This document shows, piece by piece, positions 34,088 to 43,144 of a stretch of 64,000 nucleotides of DNA. Position numbers and translations under genes: made by a program. Origin of the DNA: a phage; sequence record PZ445487.1. One strand, written 5' to 3'. The notes below the pieces were generated by a model. That model saw only the letters and a list, made by a program, of their open reading frames with translations, was not told the origin of the DNA and made no database searches. Numbering within the stretch: position 1 is the stretch's first letter; every line of letters begins with the position of its first letter.

Positions 34088-34687
34088 ATGAAATTTTGCG
34101 GAATCGACTATTCTTACGGCTGTCCAGCCATGTGCTTCTGGGACGACAAAGATCCTCTGGATTTTGATCATCTTCATTTCTATGCACACCATACCGTTGA
34201 GAAGCACTGTCGTCAAGTGCGACACAATATTCTTATTTTACGTCAACCCAAATATGAATCCCCCGAAGAACGGTTTTATAACATTTCCAAATGGGCTGAA
34301 GCCGTACTTCTTACGGAGAAGCCGGATTTCATCACCCTAGAAGGCTATGCTATGGGGAATTCAAAAAACTCCAATAACATATGCCAAACCGCCGAGAACA
34401 CATCTCTATTGAAACAAGCGATGCGCCGGAACAATATGGAATTTCAGATTGTTACCCCGTCTTTTGTTAAGAAACATTTTTGTGGTAAAGGAAATGCCGA
34501 CAAATTGGTCATGATAGATCACTTTGAGAAGCTGTTCAACGTTAAGATGCGCGGTATAATGGACATGTTGGACGTGAAGGATCCAAAGCCAATCGATGAC
34601 CTCGTGGATTCGTTCGCAAATATGGTTTCTGGTCCTTACTTCATAGAAAATTATCCTGATTTCAATAGAGGTGTAAGAAATGATTAA
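34088..34687 (+). CDS. RuvC-like Holliday junction resolvase (putative)
   Basis: N-terminus MKFCGIDYS (RuvC-like GID.S first acidic motif), later ITLEGY acidic motif. Confidence 0.45.
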   Translation: MKFCGIDYSYGCPAMCFWDDKDPLDFDHLHFYAHHTVEKHCRQVRHNILILRQPKYESPEERFYNISKWAEAVLLTEKPDFITLEGYAMGNSKNSNNICQTAENTSLLKQAMRRNNMEFQIVTPSFVKKHFCGKGNADKLVMIDHFEKLFNVKMRGIMDMLDVKDPKPIDDLVDSFANMVSGPYFIENYPDFNRGVRND

Positions 34688-34976
34688 CTACTGGCTGCTG
34701 GCAGATATACTGCTTTTCGCCTTGCTGTTGATGACGGCGTTTGTTTGGATTAAGGGATTCTTGACATTCCTTCATTCATTAAGTGCCATGGTATCTTTCT
34801 ATGCGGTTTCACCACATAGTGACGTCAATGTAAGAGCTGCAAATCAATCTGATATGTTGGCCGAATATGTTTTGCTGCGTGATAAAGCAAGCAGGATTGT
34901 CCTGTTTTCTACGCTGGTGGGAGCAGTTATTATATTTCTACGACACGTATTGGAGGCGATTCATGCCGTTTTATGA
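34680..34976 (+). CDS. small membrane protein
   Basis: ORF track; hydrophobic segments. Confidence 0.4.
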   Translation: MINYWLLADILLFALLLMTAFVWIKGFLTFLHSLSAMVSFYAVSPHSDVNVRAANQSDMLAEYVLLRDKASRIVLFSTLVGAVIIFLRHVLEAIHAVL

Positions 34977-35208
34977 TTATGCCTGTACAGGTTGTGGAAA
35001 TTCGTTTAGTGCTCGAAAATCTTGTGCTGAACGTCATACACCTGAATTAGAGCCATGTTCTGAATGTGGCGGTGAAATAAAAATGATTATTGGAGCACCA
35101 AAGATCGTATCTGGTGTTCGTGGTCCTCAGTCCGCGCCTGATGGCTTCAAAGACGTTTTGCGTCATATTAAGAAGCAATCAGGGAAGGGGAATACAATCG
35201 ATGTCTGA
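34963..35208 (+). CDS. FmdB-type zinc-ribbon protein (putative)
   Basis: MPFYDYACTGCG...CSECGG two CxxC pairs in a short protein. Confidence 0.45.
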   Translation: MPFYDYACTGCGNSFSARKSCAERHTPELEPCSECGGEIKMIIGAPKIVSGVRGPQSAPDGFKDVLRHIKKQSGKGNTIDV

Positions 35209-35443
35209 TCAACAAATAGCACAAGTGCTCACACCAGATTCTTTTTCCGAATTGGTGTTGATGAGAGCAAGCCAACGCAAGGAATCAATCCTTGAAACGA
35301 TGGCCAGTGTTTGTGAAGAGTATGACATCGAAGAAGCAAAGGTCAAAAAATTGATCACGCCTCCTCTTCTGTCAAGGCTAACAGCTGAATGTTCTGATGC
35401 TCGGTTGTTGAAGGGTGAATTGAAATCTAAAAAACTCATTTAA
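35201..35443 (+). CDS. hypothetical protein
   Basis: Internal ATG of ORF 35090..35443. Confidence 0.4.
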   Translation: MSDQQIAQVLTPDSFSELVLMRASQRKESILETMASVCEEYDIEEAKVKKLITPPLLSRLTAECSDARLLKGELKSKKLI

Positions 35444-35452
35444 GGTTGTAAC

Positions 35453-35692
35453 ATGAGCAAAGAGCAAATCTATAAAATGTTGAAGGCGCAAGAGTATCTG
35501 CCAGGTTCTATCCGCTGGCGGCACGGTAGCCTCAATGAACATGCTGATGATATGGATCGTGTACGTTACACGACGCCGGAAGGTAAATCCTATGTCATCG
35601 AATACCATACATTCTTGGAAGGACACAAAACCTTCTCAGATGTGTACGACATTATTGAAATAGACCCAGCAAAACAAATGATTGCGGGTTAA
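35453..35692 (+). CDS. hypothetical protein
   Basis: ORF track. Confidence 0.45.
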   Translation: MSKEQIYKMLKAQEYLPGSIRWRHGSLNEHADDMDRVRYTTPEGKSYVIEYHTFLEGHKTFSDVYDIIEIDPAKQMIAG

Positions 35693-35788
35693 CTCAATAG
35701 CAAAACGCAGTATAATTACACCGTCGGAATAATTGACAAATACATTTACAGAATAGCCCGAAGGGGCGGATTATAGAGGAATATTAAA

Positions 35789-36820
35789 ATGGGTAATTTA
35801 TTTGATCGTCTTAAACAATCTCGTGGCCAACAAGCCGAAGCTATGCAACAGCGACTCGCTCAGCAAGGCCAGCGTGTTGGTGGCGGTCGTGACCCGCGCA
35901 TCTGGAAGTGGACCTGGAATGACAAGGGTACTTCTGAAAACATCATTCGTTTCCTGCCGATCCCTTTGGTGGACATGAAGGCTCAAGAAGAAGGCACCAT
36001 CCCTGAAGATGCTGTGTTAACTCCGTGTGCCATGATCATGAAACACGCATTCCAGGGCGCTGGTGGTTGGTATATCGAAAACTCTCCTCAGACTTTCGGT
36101 AACGATGATCCTGTTCGTGACCATGACCGTCCTCTGTGGGCACAACAGAAAGAAACGAATGATGAAAAGCTGAAAACAGTTCTCAAAAAACGTCTGCCGG
36201 ACACCAAATACTACGCCAACATCCTGGTGATCAAAGATGGTAACAATCCGGAAAACAACGGCAAGGTCTTCTTGCTTGAGTTCGGTAATGCCGTCAAGAA
36301 AATCCTGGATTCGGCTCAGAATCCTAAGTTCTCAACTGACCCTAAATTCGACCCGTTCGATATGTGGGAAGGCGCGAACCTGATTCTGAACCTCTTTGGT
36401 GAAGAGAAAGAGTTCGGAAACTGGAAAGGTCTGGTGGCTAACTTCACCAATGTGAAGTGGGATACTCCGGCACCTTTGGGGACAGACGAATACATTGAAG
36501 AGATCTGGGAAAAAGAACACAGTCTGTTTGAGTTCTTTAATCCGGCCAACTTCAAATCGTACGAAGATCTGGAAAAACGTTTGCGCAAAGTTCTGGCCAT
36601 CCCTGATAATCAGCCTCTGGTTGAAGGTGGTGCTTCTACTATGGCACATGCGCCTACCCAGTCTCAGGAACCCCAGCGCCCAACAGCGCAGGAAAGTCTG
36701 AACCAACAACAATCTCAGCCTTCTAATGCACAGCAATCTGTTCCAGCCAATAATGGTGGTGCCGATGCGAAACAGACGGCTTCCATTGATGAGTTCGAGC
36801 AGTTCCTGAAGCAAGACTAA
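35789..36820 (+). CDS. 32: single-stranded DNA-binding protein gp32
   Basis: Similarity by eye to T4 gp32 (IIRFLP, GGWYIENS, YYANILVIKD, NPENNGKVFLLEFG, WEGANLIL); acidic Ser/Gln-rich tail; terminator follows. Confidence 0.85.
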   Translation: MGNLFDRLKQSRGQQAEAMQQRLAQQGQRVGGGRDPRIWKWTWNDKGTSENIIRFLPIPLVDMKAQEEGTIPEDAVLTPCAMIMKHAFQGAGGWYIENSPQTFGNDDPVRDHDRPLWAQQKETNDEKLKTVLKKRLPDTKYYANILVIKDGNNPENNGKVFLLEFGNAVKKILDSAQNPKFSTDPKFDPFDMWEGANLILNLFGEEKEFGNWKGLVANFTNVKWDTPAPLGTDEYIEEIWEKEHSLFEFFNPANFKSYEDLEKRLRKVLAIPDNQPLVEGGASTMAHAPTQSQEPQRPTAQESLNQQQSQPSNAQQSVPANNGGADAKQTASIDEFEQFLKQD

Positions 36821-36828
36821 TTTCACTA

Positions 36829-36857
36829 AAGCCCCTTCGGGGGCTTTTTAGTTTTTG
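36829..36857 (+). terminator. rho-independent terminator after gene 32
   Basis: Hairpin AAGCCCC-TTCG-GGGGCTT followed by TTTTAGTTTTT. Confidence 0.65.
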
Positions 36858-37792
36858 ACAACATCCTGTAACAATCCCAACAGACTACTCTTCTCAGACG
36901 CCGTCAGGTTATCATTGCCTAATATATCCCTCTGGATGCCGATAGAGATCCTTTCGAAATCAGCCAAGCTGATACCAGCCAGATTGTTTACAAGCTGATC
37001 GAGTTGCTTATAAGCCAGCAGGGCTTCACCTGTGAAGTTTCCTTCTTTGATCTTTTTATACAGCTGTCCGGCTTTTGACGCAGCGGTTTCCCAGTCTCCG
37101 GAAGCAAGAGCATCAGTAATACCCAAAGGAAGAAAATCGCTGGCGAGGCTGCGCGTTTCATATTCAGTCTCCGATAATACTTTGTTATAAGAAAAGGAAA
37201 TGTTGTACTGATTAAATTGATCGGCGGCGCTTTTATCCAGGTCTATAGAACTGAAGTTGATGGGGTGAGCCTCAGTCACATAAACGCGATGAACAACCTG
37301 ATCTTCTGTATCCATTTGTTCTATACAAATATCGGTCACGAAATCTTCATAATAACCCATCTTGGTTGTGTATGGGTCGAATATCAGATTCTTCCATTTG
37401 TCCATGACCGACTTTTCATAATAATCGTTGGCGAGGAGGAACGACAACTCCAGATCAATGTTCGTCTTGTTGTTCGGCATTTTAATGTGGTTGCCGTTGT
37501 TGGTCATGGGAGTAGTGTCAATCCCTGTACCAGGTAAAGATGCGACCATACACATCATTTGCAGGGAACGAGATGTTTGGTTTGTCCCTCCAAAGAATGC
37601 GTTTACAATACGGGCGCTTTGTTTGAACAGATCCCCAAATGATGAAGATGAAGGATACGCGTTCCCATCATTTGCTAGTGTTGCATTGGAATCAAATATC
37701 CCAGGCGGCAACGGAATTGTAACACGAAATCTGTTCTTGCGGGAAATACCCCGTTGAAGCAGTTGCGTTAGAAAATTGCGATAGTCTTCCAC
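36848..37792 (-). CDS. late structural/assembly protein (function unknown)
   Basis: Start reassigned to GTG at 37792 (RBS GGAG), downstream of perfect minus-strand TATAAATA at 37827-37834; longer ORF would overlap divergent gene. Confidence 0.45.
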   Translation of the reverse strand: MEDYRNFLTQLLQRGISRKNRFRVTIPLPPGIFDSNATLANDGNAYPSSSSFGDLFKQSARIVNAFFGGTNQTSRSLQMMCMVASLPGTGIDTTPMTNNGNHIKMPNNKTNIDLELSFLLANDYYEKSVMDKWKNLIFDPYTTKMGYYEDFVTDICIEQMDTEDQVVHRVYVTEAHPINFSSIDLDKSAADQFNQYNISFSYNKVLSETEYETRSLASDFLPLGITDALASGDWETAASKAGQLYKKIKEGNFTGEALLAYKQLDQLVNNLAGISLADFERISIGIQRDILGNDNLTASEKSSLLGLLQDVVKN

Positions 37793-37826
37793 GATGAGGA
37801 CTCCATTTAAATAATATATCTGTTGA

Positions 37827-37834
37827 TATTTATA
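37827..37834 (-). promoter_or_regulatory. late promoter TATAAATA
   Basis: Perfect 8-mer on minus strand about 35 nt upstream of GTG 37792. Confidence 0.5.
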
Positions 37835-37846
37835 AGGAGTTGACAA

Positions 37847-38551
37847 ATGGCTAAGAACGCTATGGGTGAAGAAGACCCGTTGTTGCTTCCCGCCGAGATG
37901 GACGCCCCAGAACTGGTCAAGCGTTACATCCGCAAATATCGTCAACATTTTGGGCCGGAAGCGAAGCGTAATATCCGTCGTTCTCATGTGTGGTTTATGG
38001 AGCGCGTGTCGAAAGATGCTAACTTATCTCCGAATCACATGATGAAAGCATTCGCTGAAAATAAACGTCCTGTTCAGGGTGTGCGTTATATTGTTGGTCG
38101 CATGTATTATTTCAAATATGATGCGCTGACTAAAGATGAACTCCCGTATTGGGATATGTATCCTCTGGTGTTCTTCTTCAATTTTGTGAAGGGGGATGGA
38201 GTGAAATTCGGTGAACGTGGTGTAACCTATCTTTATGGCCTAAACCTCCATTATTTACCGCCTAAACTCAGATTGTTGGTATTTGAAGATCTCATTAAAT
38301 TGAGAAATGAACGGGCATATCGTTCTAAAACACGTTTGAGACTTACCTGGGATGCGCTAAAGCGGTTTGCGAATCACCCTTTGTACAATCATTGTGTCAA
38401 ATTATACCGCGCAGATCAATTTCGTTCACAACTTTATGAAATTGAACCGCAATATTGGGAGGTCGTTTTGTTTATGCGTACTGCTCGATTCCAGAAACAG
38501 AGCCAGATGTCTGTTTGGAAAGACGCTCGTCGTAAACACAAAAATGGTTAG
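37847..38551 (+). CDS. hypothetical protein
   Basis: ORF track; RBS AAGGAG. Confidence 0.5.
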   Translation: MAKNAMGEEDPLLLPAEMDAPELVKRYIRKYRQHFGPEAKRNIRRSHVWFMERVSKDANLSPNHMMKAFAENKRPVQGVRYIVGRMYYFKYDALTKDELPYWDMYPLVFFFNFVKGDGVKFGERGVTYLYGLNLHYLPPKLRLLVFEDLIKLRNERAYRSKTRLRLTWDALKRFANHPLYNHCVKLYRADQFRSQLYEIEPQYWEVVLFMRTARFQKQSQMSVWKDARRKHKNG

Positions 38552-38612
38552 TTCTAAAAGCCGTTCTATGGGATAATTCGCGAACGGCTTTCTATAAACA
38601 TGAGGTTATGAT

Positions 38613-39359
38613 ATGTCACAGCTACATCGTATTTTTGGTATTGAATTCAGTTCTAATTGCGTTCGCTATGATCGCACCCATAAAGATTCGGGTGGTAAAA
38701 CCGGATATGAACTCGGTAGCCAGTTGGGATATTCCAAGGAACAATTGTTCAATCAACACAGGCTGAATGAAACGGATCTTCTTAGGGTTATGGGCATTGA
38801 ACTTGATTCCGAAGCCAGCTTGGATCTGGGCGACGAAATTCGTTTTGGCAAACCAGAAGCATTGGAATTCATTGAAGACTTCGTTTCTGGTTATACCCAA
38901 GCCGCTACGAACCGCCGCGCTGCTAATGATGCAGTGGGTAAATTCTACTTTGCGGCGAAATATCTTGCCGACAAACGTATACAGATGGAAGCGGAATTCA
39001 GTAAAGAAAATCTGAAAGCGGTTTTCGGCGAAGAAGGCGATTTCCGTTTAATGCCAGAATCTGGCACTGATTCAGCTCGTGATTTCTTTGAAAAACCATT
39101 TGTGGTCAAAGGCTGTAAAATTCTTACCGACGAAGACCACGCTTTCGCAATCCATACTGAAGTCGTTTACAATGAAGAGAATTGCCTTGTTATTTCCAGA
39201 TTGTTCAACAGTCTGTCATATACAGCGTATTCTTTGATTGAACGTTGTATGGAAGAAGAGCATCGTCAGGTAGTGGTGAATAAAATTCGCTTACACGTTG
39301 AGCAGAATTTTAACGGGTTTGGTTGTGAATCCGGCGAAATCCCTAATTTCTATCTGTAG
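38613..39359 (+). CDS. hypothetical protein
   Basis: ORF track; RBS GAGG. Confidence 0.5.
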   Translation: MSQLHRIFGIEFSSNCVRYDRTHKDSGGKTGYELGSQLGYSKEQLFNQHRLNETDLLRVMGIELDSEASLDLGDEIRFGKPEALEFIEDFVSGYTQAATNRRAANDAVGKFYFAAKYLADKRIQMEAEFSKENLKAVFGEEGDFRLMPESGTDSARDFFEKPFVVKGCKILTDEDHAFAIHTEVVYNEENCLVISRLFNSLSYTAYSLIERCMEEEHRQVVVNKIRLHVEQNFNGFGCESGEIPNFYL

Positions 39360-39376
39360 CACAAGCAGGGGGCTGT

Positions 39377-39664
39377 ATGAAGAAATATGTTCGCCTGAAC
39401 ACGGTACTGGAATCTGTAATCGAATATTTCATAATGCAGCACCTGAGAGCAGAAAATGATCATGTGAGCGATGCTTTGACTTATGACCACCGGATAGTGG
39501 TTCATTCCGTCGAAATAGTGGACGACGAATTGTTGATTGCCAACATAGAACATGCTCTCTGGGACGAAGTTTTGGACCAGTATGTTCAACCCAAATTCAC
39601 ACAAATCGAGTTGTCTGCCATGTGGCCACCTGAAACAGTTTTCAATATTGATATACAAAGTTAA
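39377..39664 (+). CDS. hypothetical protein
   Basis: ORF track; RBS AGGGGG. Confidence 0.45.
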   Translation: MKKYVRLNTVLESVIEYFIMQHLRAENDHVSDALTYDHRIVVHSVEIVDDELLIANIEHALWDEVLDQYVQPKFTQIELSAMWPPETVFNIDIQS

Positions 39665-39741
39665 TATTCACGCCAGTCCGCGCTGATACAGCGTTCCGTT
39701 GTCTAACACAGAAGTGTTAACCAACTTTTCAATAAAAAGTG

Positions 39742-39770
39742 GTTTACATCTTCTAAAAAGGCAGTATATT
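39742..39770 (+). promoter_or_regulatory. early promoter (GTTTAC-N17-TATATT)
   Basis: Hexamers read from sequence, upstream of acidic protein gene. Confidence 0.45.
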
Positions 39771-39837
39771 AATGTTCCAGACGCACAGTTGAACATTAGA
39801 CTGCCAAAGAAGGTTACTACACAAAAGGGTTTTTATT

Positions 39838-40797
39838 ATGTCCTATATTCTTCATATCGAGTCCGGCCTGAAATTTGAAATTGATGGTAAAACCGCTGCT
39901 GAACTTCAAGCAGAAATTAAAGGTGCAGACCTTATCATTGGCAATGTAACATTACGCCGCATGATGGAAGGCGTCCTTCAGTCAGCCAATGGCTTTGAAC
40001 TCATCGAAGGTCTGAGCCAGGAAGAGAAAGAAGAGACTCTCGAAGCTCTTGACCGCGCTGAAGCCGAAAAAGTTAAACCGACCGAAGATGCGGGGGTTAA
40101 ACAGGGCGACGGTGAATCAAATCCGGTGATTGACGCCGAAGAAACGGTTGGGCAACCTGTCGGTGATCAAAATTCCCAGACCGTCGAAGACGGTTCTCTT
40201 GAAGTCAACAAAGACGGTTCCATTTCCCTGGTAGTTGAAGGCGAAGAAGTTCTTGACGAAGAAGCGCAAGCCCGTGCTGAAGAAGTTCGCCGTCGTATGC
40301 TGGGCACAACCGTTGCTGAAGCAATCGCCGACGTTGAAAATCCGAAGGATGATCAGGCTTTAGCGAACGCGAAGGCGGTTCTGGCCAAGAAATCTTCTGA
40401 AATGCGCCCTGCATCTTCTACCGAAGAACGCAAGCGTCGTCATAACAAGCGTGAAGAAATGGTTGAAGCGGCTCGCGCATCCAATTATGGTCCGATCCTT
40501 GCTGCGGTTGAATCGGGGGTTGTGCCTGGGGTTTATTTGAGCTATGTGAATCCGGATATGCGCTGGTTCCAGTTCCCTGTTACCGAATTGGCAGATGAAG
40601 CCAATCCACACGCCCGCACCAATACTTATGTTGATCTGGCGCCGATCGTTTCCGGCGGCTGGGGGTTCAGTCTGTATGTGAATGGTAAATCATTCACCAA
40701 ACGCCAGAAAATCAAAGAAACTGATGCCGAATCTCTGGTGAAAGCAATCAATGAATGGTTACCACAGGCGTTGGCCGAAGCGAAAGCTGCTGCGTAA
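39838..40797 (+). CDS. hypothetical acidic protein
   Basis: ORF track; early promoter 39742-39770; long Glu/Asp-rich N-terminal half. Confidence 0.55.
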   Translation: MSYILHIESGLKFEIDGKTAAELQAEIKGADLIIGNVTLRRMMEGVLQSANGFELIEGLSQEEKEETLEALDRAEAEKVKPTEDAGVKQGDGESNPVIDAEETVGQPVGDQNSQTVEDGSLEVNKDGSISLVVEGEEVLDEEAQARAEEVRRRMLGTTVAEAIADVENPKDDQALANAKAVLAKKSSEMRPASSTEERKRRHNKREEMVEAARASNYGPILAAVESGVVPGVYLSYVNPDMRWFQFPVTELADEANPHARTNTYVDLAPIVSGGWGFSLYVNGKSFTKRQKIKETDAESLVKAINEWLPQALAEAKAAA

Positions 40798-40825
40798 TTT
40801 AATTCAGAAGCGTTCAATAGATAAA

Positions 40826-40857
40826 GGGGCTGCTATAATAGCAGCTCCTTTTGTTTA
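40826..40857 (+). terminator. rho-independent terminator
   Basis: Imperfect hairpin GGGCTGCT..AGCAGCTCC followed by TTTTGTTT. Confidence 0.5.
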
Positions 40858-40869
40858 TTGGAGCATGTC

Positions 40870-41532
40870 ATGTCTTATTCGCTCAAAGGGCTGTTGAAGC
40901 GCCCTGTGCATTTGTTTGTCAAACCACCTGCTGTAGAAAGGGAATATTCGGCACGAGGAGAGTTGTATTACATTAAAGGCTCCAATGGTAGTGGTAAGTC
41001 TACTGTGCCTTCTTATTTGGCGGAGAATGATCCTCAGGCGTATGTCGTAACCCACAACAGTAAGATCATGCTCACGGTTTGTCCATCTTATAATATTGTC
41101 TGTGTCGGTAAATATGACAAGTCTAAGTCCAAAGGGGTTGATTCTCTGAAGGATACTGAGCAGATGTTGTTCGCGTTGTCTATTGCTGACCAACCAGAAT
41201 ACCTGAAATATGATGTGATTTTCGAAGGCATCATTCCGTCTACATTATTGAGTTCTTGGATTCCCCGCCTGACACGCCCACCACGTGAATTGGTCGTCCT
41301 CTTTATGGATACCCCTCTTGAAACCTGTATTGCCCGTGTTAAATCGCGTAACGGTGGCGCAGACTTCAATGAAAGTCTGGTGGTCGAGAAGTGGGAGAGA
41401 GTTCATGATCACCGTCAACGGCATAAAGGCTTGTTCCCTACCGTTCCCGCAGGTATGATGAAGTCCGATGGCCTGACTGTAGAGCAGGCTGTTTTTGCGT
41501 TTCTCAATCGTGATTTTGGGAGTATTTATTGA
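40870..41532 (+). CDS. P-loop kinase (candidate 5-hydroxymethyl-dU DNA kinase)
   Basis: Walker A GSNGSGKST; internal ATG with GGAG RBS; stop overlaps hydroxymethylase start (TGATG). Confidence 0.5.
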   Translation: MSYSLKGLLKRPVHLFVKPPAVEREYSARGELYYIKGSNGSGKSTVPSYLAENDPQAYVVTHNSKIMLTVCPSYNIVCVGKYDKSKSKGVDSLKDTEQMLFALSIADQPEYLKYDVIFEGIIPSTLLSSWIPRLTRPPRELVVLFMDTPLETCIARVKSRNGGADFNESLVVEKWERVHDHRQRHKGLFPTVPAGMMKSDGLTVEQAVFAFLNRDFGSIY

Positions 41533-42578
41533 TGGAAATCAAAGCAATTAACAACAACGACATGCTGAAACAGGCTGTCTTGGCTATCCGTGAGCACGGG
41601 ATTGAATCTGACCCTGGTAACGCGGAGATCAACACAGACGGCACTCGTTTTATTGATGGCGTGACGATCACCGTCTCTGACATCCGCGACCGTTGGCTGT
41701 CTGTTGAAGGACGCAACTCATCGGCTATTGCTGCCATCGGCGAGACCTTCTGGGTTCTGTCTGGGCGCGATGATGTGCGCTTCTTGTCCCGTGTCCTCCC
41801 TCGCGCCGCCAACTTCTCTGATAATGGCCATACATGGCGAGCCGCTTATGGTCCGCGTCTGTACGCCCATGGCCAGCTGGATAGCGTTATCAACCGCCTA
41901 CGCAAGAACCCAAATACTCGTCAAGCGTACCTCACCATCTATGATCCGGCTCTAGATTCGGATGCTGGTCTGGCGAAGTTCAGCGAGAGCGGCGAAGCAA
42001 AGACTAAGGACATGGTGTGTAACCTGGCTCTGTTGTTCGCCATCGTTGAAGGTCGTCTGAACCTGACGGTCATCAACCGCTCACAGGATGTTCTGTGGGG
42101 GATGAGTTCAATCAACTTCATTGAGTTCTCTATTCTTCAGGAAGTGATTGCTCAGGTGTTAGATGTTGATGTCGGTCAGTACAAGCTATTCTCTAACAAT
42201 CTTCATTACTACAACAATGAAGTCAGCCAGAAGCAGCTTGGCAAGATCACCAAAGACACAAAAGTCACTGGTGGTTTCATCAACTCCATGATCTACTTCA
42301 CGAACGTGACCAACCAGAACCATATCCGCAATCTGTTCACTGGTGTGCTTCATCACTGTGATATCGGCAGCCCGTGGGAAACTGTTGTCGCTCACCTGAA
42401 GGAGTACGGCGCGGATCGCGGCCTGATCGTGCAGATGGCGTACTGCCTGTACTGCAAACTGAACGACAAGCTCATCAACATGAACCTGATTCAGGATCAT
42501 GGTTTGAACATCGCGCTCGCCCATTCTCCGATTGACCGCAAGATCGTTGATCCCAAGTTCTTGGAAGGTGCAGTATGA
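41532..42578 (+). CDS. thymidylate-synthase-like pyrimidine hydroxymethylase (candidate dUMP hydroxymethylase)
   Basis: ThyA-fold motifs (VCN catalytic-Cys region, RSQDVLWGMSSINFIEFSILQEVIAQ, NNLHYYNN) with Asn at the base-specificity position. Confidence 0.65.
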   Translation: MEIKAINNNDMLKQAVLAIREHGIESDPGNAEINTDGTRFIDGVTITVSDIRDRWLSVEGRNSSAIAAIGETFWVLSGRDDVRFLSRVLPRAANFSDNGHTWRAAYGPRLYAHGQLDSVINRLRKNPNTRQAYLTIYDPALDSDAGLAKFSESGEAKTKDMVCNLALLFAIVEGRLNLTVINRSQDVLWGMSSINFIEFSILQEVIAQVLDVDVGQYKLFSNNLHYYNNEVSQKQLGKITKDTKVTGGFINSMIYFTNVTNQNHIRNLFTGVLHHCDIGSPWETVVAHLKEYGADRGLIVQMAYCLYCKLNDKLINMNLIQDHGLNIALAHSPIDRKIVDPKFLEGAV

Positions 42579-43144
42579 TGTATCCGAACCTTGAATTCTT
42601 TACGGGGCGCAAGCGCTCCGGCAAGGACTTCTGTTTGGAGTCCCTCATCAGCTATCACCATTTACAGGGTGATATGGACATCCAGCGCTTATCTTTCTCA
42701 GACGAGTTGCGTCGGGTGGCTCATTACATCTATCCTTGGTTGCCAGAGGAAGTAGAGGACGATATCAAGGACTTGCCATATGTTCACCCAGATAACCCCA
42801 AGGGATTAACTCCAAGGCAGATCTGGCTTCATCTCGGCAGCGATACGGGGCTTCGTTATGTCCAACCGGATCTGTTTTTGTCTTTCTTTAAGCGTTACCA
42901 ACTCCCATTAGTTGAACAGAATCCTAACATTCATTATATTGTGAGTGATCTACGGACGCCTCAAGAATATGAATGGGCGCTGAGCACTAAATGTCCCATC
43001 ACCCGCATTTCAAAGGCAGATCGCGGCGGTATCATAGAGGACGACATAGAGGCTTTCATTGATGAGATGAAAGTTGATTATGAATTTGTTAACCCATTTG
43101 AAGGTTGGCAACCATTCGTCAAATTTTATAGGGAACGGAAATGA
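42575..43144 (+). CDS. 1: deoxynucleoside monophosphate kinase (T4 gene 1-like)
   Basis: P-loop GRKRSGKD as in T4 dNMP kinase; ATGATG overlap with upstream gene. Confidence 0.6.
   Translation: MMYPNLEFFTGRKRSGKDFCLESLISYHHLQGDMDIQRLSFSDELRRVAHYIYPWLPEEVEDDIKDLPYVHPDNPKGLTPRQIWLHLGSDTGLRYVQPDLFLSFFKRYQLPLVEQNPNIHYIVSDLRTPQEYEWALSTKCPITRISKADRGGIIEDDIEAFIDEMKVDYEFVNPFEGWQPFVKFYRERK

Noticed and set aside
36332-36826. 164-aa minus-strand ORF inside gene 32
   Set aside because: Antisense to gp32, which is strongly supported by similarity; no promoter or RBS.
37793-37987. N-terminal extension of minus-strand ORF 36848..37987
   Set aside because: Would contain the late promoter TATAAATA within its own coding sequence and overlap the divergent plus gene by about 140 bp; GTG at 37792 with RBS is preferred.
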